Positions 59,881-64,000 of a DNA stretch of 64,000 nt are shown here, piece after piece (positions within the stretch are counted from its first letter, which is position 1; every line of letters begins with the position of its first letter). The position numbers and the translations under genes were made by a program. Origin of the DNA: Phoronis australis. Its lineage: Eukaryota > Animalia > Phoronida. Under the pieces are notes generated by a model that was given only the letters and a program-made list of their open reading frames with translations, made no database searches and was not told the DNA's origin. Location: the NCBI GenBank assembly GCA_002633005.1, contig NMRA01000496.1, forward strand, positions 129,049 through 193,048, in the 5' to 3' direction.

Positions 59881-62610
59881 ATATGGTCGTCAAATGTGAT
59901 TTGCCAGTGCTAGGAGTGGCTCAAAATACGTTACGGAACTCCATCAATGTTCCAGGTTGCGAAAACGAGTAATTTACACGACATCAGAAACATCGGGAAT
60001 TAGAAATGAATAACACTGACTTCTGCTCAGGTCAGAATATGACGAGTCTGACATTCTGTACACTAGGGGACATCCGGGTATATTCTTCCTTTTTTGGTAC
60101 TTTCACTTGCCCGAGTGTCGCTACTATGACTTACGGATGGAATCGATAGTCCGGTGCAGCAAGACGCGCCAGCATACGGAACCGTTATTCCATAAATACC
60201 AGGGTTGAGCCCCATAGACAGGAGAACTTCGCAAAGGAAGCTATTGTGATTAAGTGCATAGCTTATAACAAATGGCGATATCCATGCGCGCACCCAGCCT
60301 AAAATATTGGGGGGCTTGAATTTTTGGATATGCGGACCTTTTACTGAAAGAAATCCACGAGGACTAACAAACAAATGGTGCCACTAGGTTCTGGCCCACG
60401 CAGCGTGCATCCGCGCCGACTTCCTGTGGATTTTTGCCTCGGTTACTTGGACTTTTTGTTTCACTGAGCAACCCCCACCCCATCTTTTACTCAAAAAAAT
60501 CTGTCCTGTCACATTCCTTTCCGTTACAGGCTTCTATTATTTCCCTTACCAATAAGAACATCGGTGACACAAGAAAACGCCCCTGTCTTCGTTGATTTGG
60601 GCCATCCCTACAATTGCGAATTCGAAAATGCCGTAGGTACGCATTGCCTGTGACTTGAGTTGCCAGTTTACGAGCGTAACAAACCAAAATAGAATGAGCG
60701 TGCAAAAAAAGTTTCGGTTAAGAACTCACCATCGACAGCAAAACAGGAAGAACTCAGTTTTAACCATGATGCAATGTTGTTTTAAAGTACAGCAGCTTTC
60801 AAAAATAAACTGGACAACCTCAAAATTCGATAAATTTTCAGCGCATAAACTGTCATTAAATATACATTTATTTTGAACTAGTATCCGTATTTATGGCTAA
60901 ATCCCTACAAAAAAATGTCATTTTATTGGTACAAAATTTCGGCTTAACCGCCACACATTTCCCTCATGCTTTGAACTCATGCGTCCGCAAGTTGGGGTGC
61001 TTTCACTACGGACGGCCACATTACAACTATGCACTGGTGTCTCGGATAACGTGCTTGCTTTCAGCTTCATGTTTGATTTCCAGCAGTGATAGGCCGTCTG
61101 CCGTCTGTGAGTGGAATGTGCCTGAGCATTTGGTTAAATTAACTTTTACATTTTTGTCACTAAGTTTTGATAATTAATTAGCCTTCGTCGACCACAATGG
61201 TACGTTTTTGGTCAAAATCGACTGACATTTGCCAAGTCAGCATATTGATATTAAAGCAACGTAAACATTGCATTAATGCGTGCAAGTAATTACAGGATTT
61301 TTACTGTTTTGTTTCCTTGCAGGAATTATTTTTGGACTGAAGACTCATAGACACTTTTTAAAACTTGTAAAATTATTTCAATTTAATGAAATATTCAATA
61401 TTTATACTCTTTTGAAACTACCAACGTTTATTTGTAATGACTGAGTACAATATAAAAGGTATCGATTTCATTGTTTTAGGAATTGGGCTTCACGAGTGAG
61501 TTCACTGTTACGGTCACATCAAAACTTTGTAGTCTATAGCCATCTGATTTTCATAAAATCTTTAGAAATGAGCATGACAAATTTTGACTTCTTCAGTAAA
61601 AAAGTAAAGGGGTCTACCAATACTTGAAACATTTGGTAAAGGACCCTGATAATGGAGTTCCGTCGAGTCTGAAAGAGTTTTGTCGAAATCTGTCTAGTTC
61701 GTTTTCAAAACTACTGTAGGATCAAGTATGTACCATATGTTGTGTGGTTGAACATTGACGCTTTGCTCAACGCAAACGGCGAGACCAAAATCATGTCGGA
61801 GTCCGATGTAACTTCCGGTGGTCACGACTCAGCATGAATCGTGTTTAACAGTTACTTTAATCTACTTCCGGATGCACATAATCAGTAATGAGGGTATAGA
61901 AGTTCTTATATAAATCATGACGCGACAGTGTTCAGGTAGTGTTTTACTGAGCAACAGCGAACGAATATTGCTTAGTCACCGACAAACATGAGGAACGCAA
62001 GCTTTTCAGTCGGCTTTGCGCTTTTACTTAACTTGGTTTCTATGACAGGTATGGAACTTTTGTATTTAGTTCCGGAAGATAAAGGAGTTATTTTACGAGT
62101 CAACCTGGTTAGCTATGAATTTACGCTTAAAAGTATACTCCCAGTCAATTTAAACGTGGAGGCGTTAATGTGTAAGCGTTTCTGGATTAAATTTCAAAGA
62201 AATCGCGTTATTATTCAAAGAAGATTTGCATTCATATTTTACTCGCTTGTAGGGCTGTCAATATCAAAGCTCGAGACAGTCTCCAACTACTGTGCCATTT
62301 TAAATCTTGTCAAAAACCAATATTGAACGTAGTCCACCTATTGTGATAAAGCGACGATTAGGAATGATCCCAGTAGGCTAAGTGTTGGCATGCACCAGGC
62401 CGTTATTTCTTGAGACCAGGCCCAGAGACAATTTAGGCAGCTCTTAAAGGGCATTATCGGTTTTACGGCTGATTGTTGTTAGACTACTAAGACTTTTTGA
62501 AATTATCAGCTTTGAGCTGTGAGACAAAAGAATGTATTGTTTTGAGCTGTGAGACAAAAGAATATGTTGTTTTGTGTTTTTCTTACAAATGGCTAATTCT
62601 CACCGTTGCC

Positions 62611-62777
62611 CATGGGCGGATCCATGCTTTTGAGTTAGAGGGAGCGGGTGTGGCAGGGCAGAGTATTAGGCACGATTTTGCCCGTCAGACATTCCCACCC
62701 CCGAACTGTCAATGGAATCTGGGAGAATATTAGGGGGGGCAATGTCCCCTTGGACCTCCACCTTAAATCAACCACTG
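62611..62777 (+). mobile_element. MITE of the 5-bp-TSD CAG family
   Basis: CATGGGCGGATCC...CCTTAAATCAACCACTG; flanks ttgcc / ttgtc. Confidence 0.75.
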
Positions 62778-62876
62778 TTGTCAGCTAGACATTCGCTTTA
62801 ATCGAGACGGTTTAAACTGAACTCGAAGTATGGAGAGTTGTACATGTGCGCAGTGAGATATTCGCCCAACCGTCTC

Positions 62877-63024
62877 CAGGGGCGGATCCCGGACTTTAAG
62901 TTAAGTGGGGCCAGGGCATTGTGTTAGCCAGGTTTTGTCCGTCAGATATTCGCATCCCCGAACTGCCAAATGGAACCTGGAAGAATTTTAGGGGGGAGCA
63001 TGGCCCCCCTTAAATCCGCCACTG
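62877..63024 (+). mobile_element. MITE of the 5-bp-TSD CAG family
   Basis: CAGGGGCGGATCC...CCTTAAATCCGCCACTG; TSD GTCTC on both sides. Confidence 0.85.
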
Positions 63025-63196
63025 GTCTCAAGGTTCACTTCGTAACAGACGTGTCTAATTAGCAGCCTAGCTCATTTTCTTTAGAGGAGTTCCACCCTCC
63101 GTCGCCGGTGGCCCTTGTGTTAATGTTATGTAATTCTTAAGGCTGTGGCTGTTCAAAACGAATATGTGGCAGTTAAGCAACGACATTAACAGTTTA

Positions 63197-63398
63197 GGGG
63201 CACATTCCAAGAAAATTGGCTTAGTTTAGACAAATCTTAAATTTCAGAAATTTGTCTCAAGTCAGTTTCAAAAAGAATGAAGTTTTGTTTTAATTTTGAC
63301 TAACTGGCCGGTTGTGGAAGTTTAAAAGTTTGGAAGTTGAGACAAATATTAGACTTAGGTCAAAAATGAACATAAGCCAGTTTCTTCAAACGGACTCC
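63197..63398. mobile_element. Harbinger-like MITE (GG...CC termini)
   Basis: GGGGCACATTCCAAGAAAATTGGCTTA versus TAAGCCAGTTTCTTCAAACGGACTCC. Confidence 0.5.
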
Positions 63399-64000
63399 AG
63401 GTCCTAGACACCATGTTGAAAGGTTCAAGGATTATTTAAATTCAGTAAACTTACATGTGCACTTTCTATGTGACAATCATCGACAATGTGGAACAGTTTC
63501 TAAAACTATTTCCCTAAAACCCTAACATAATATGCTAAAAAGCATCAAGCACCTTAATAGAACAATTTGTCATAGTCGCGTCACTAGCGGACTGGCAATC
63601 TGGGATTGATAAGCGTATCAATCGTGGACCATCGCAAAATAAGTTTTTGGTGTTATCCATATAGTGTACATAATAACTTTTTTAAATTTCTTATCTTGCA
63701 CCGTGTACCTAATACTATATTAATTATTGTAATTACGTCTATTATCAAATAAATTATAATTATAACTGACTTGGGACTGTGCGATTCACAGGACGCGTCA
63801 AAATGCAACCCATTTTACGTTCACCAAACGCATTTTTAGAAAAGAAACAGATCAAAGTGCACATTACTTACTTATAATAGCGTAGCACAAGTAATGCACC
63901 ACACCCCCGCATTTACGCCTATGCTTCCAACACCACCCTCCGTACGTCGCGGCCATAAGTAAACACAGCGTAGACGGAATATATGTAAATTTTTAGTGCT

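Overview
Eukaryotic, intron-rich and transposon-dense genomic DNA; the repeat content suggests a marine invertebrate (inference). The left part (1513-24072, +) holds the last 15 coding exons of an acylamino-acid-releasing enzyme (APEH, peptidase S9C) homolog. I spliced these by hand into one open frame of about 441 aa. Its catalytic-acid position reads Glu instead of Asp and its catalytic His loop is one residue shorter than in human APEH. A 1.7-kb foldback starts 14 bp after the stop codon. The rest is mostly mobile DNA: an uninterrupted Ty3/gypsy gag with LTR and tRNA-Ser PBS, L1/Tx1, CR1/L2 and Penelope remnants (the last with hammerhead-like motifs), hAT-like MITEs, and several TTAA-flanked Kolobok-type elements. 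One of these carries a THAP transposase remnant facing a P2X7-ballast-like (KolX-type) ORF. Two N-gaps look like heterozygous TTAA insertions, and 39-50.5 kb is a multi-level transposon nest. All family calls come from motif recognition by eye; no searches were run.
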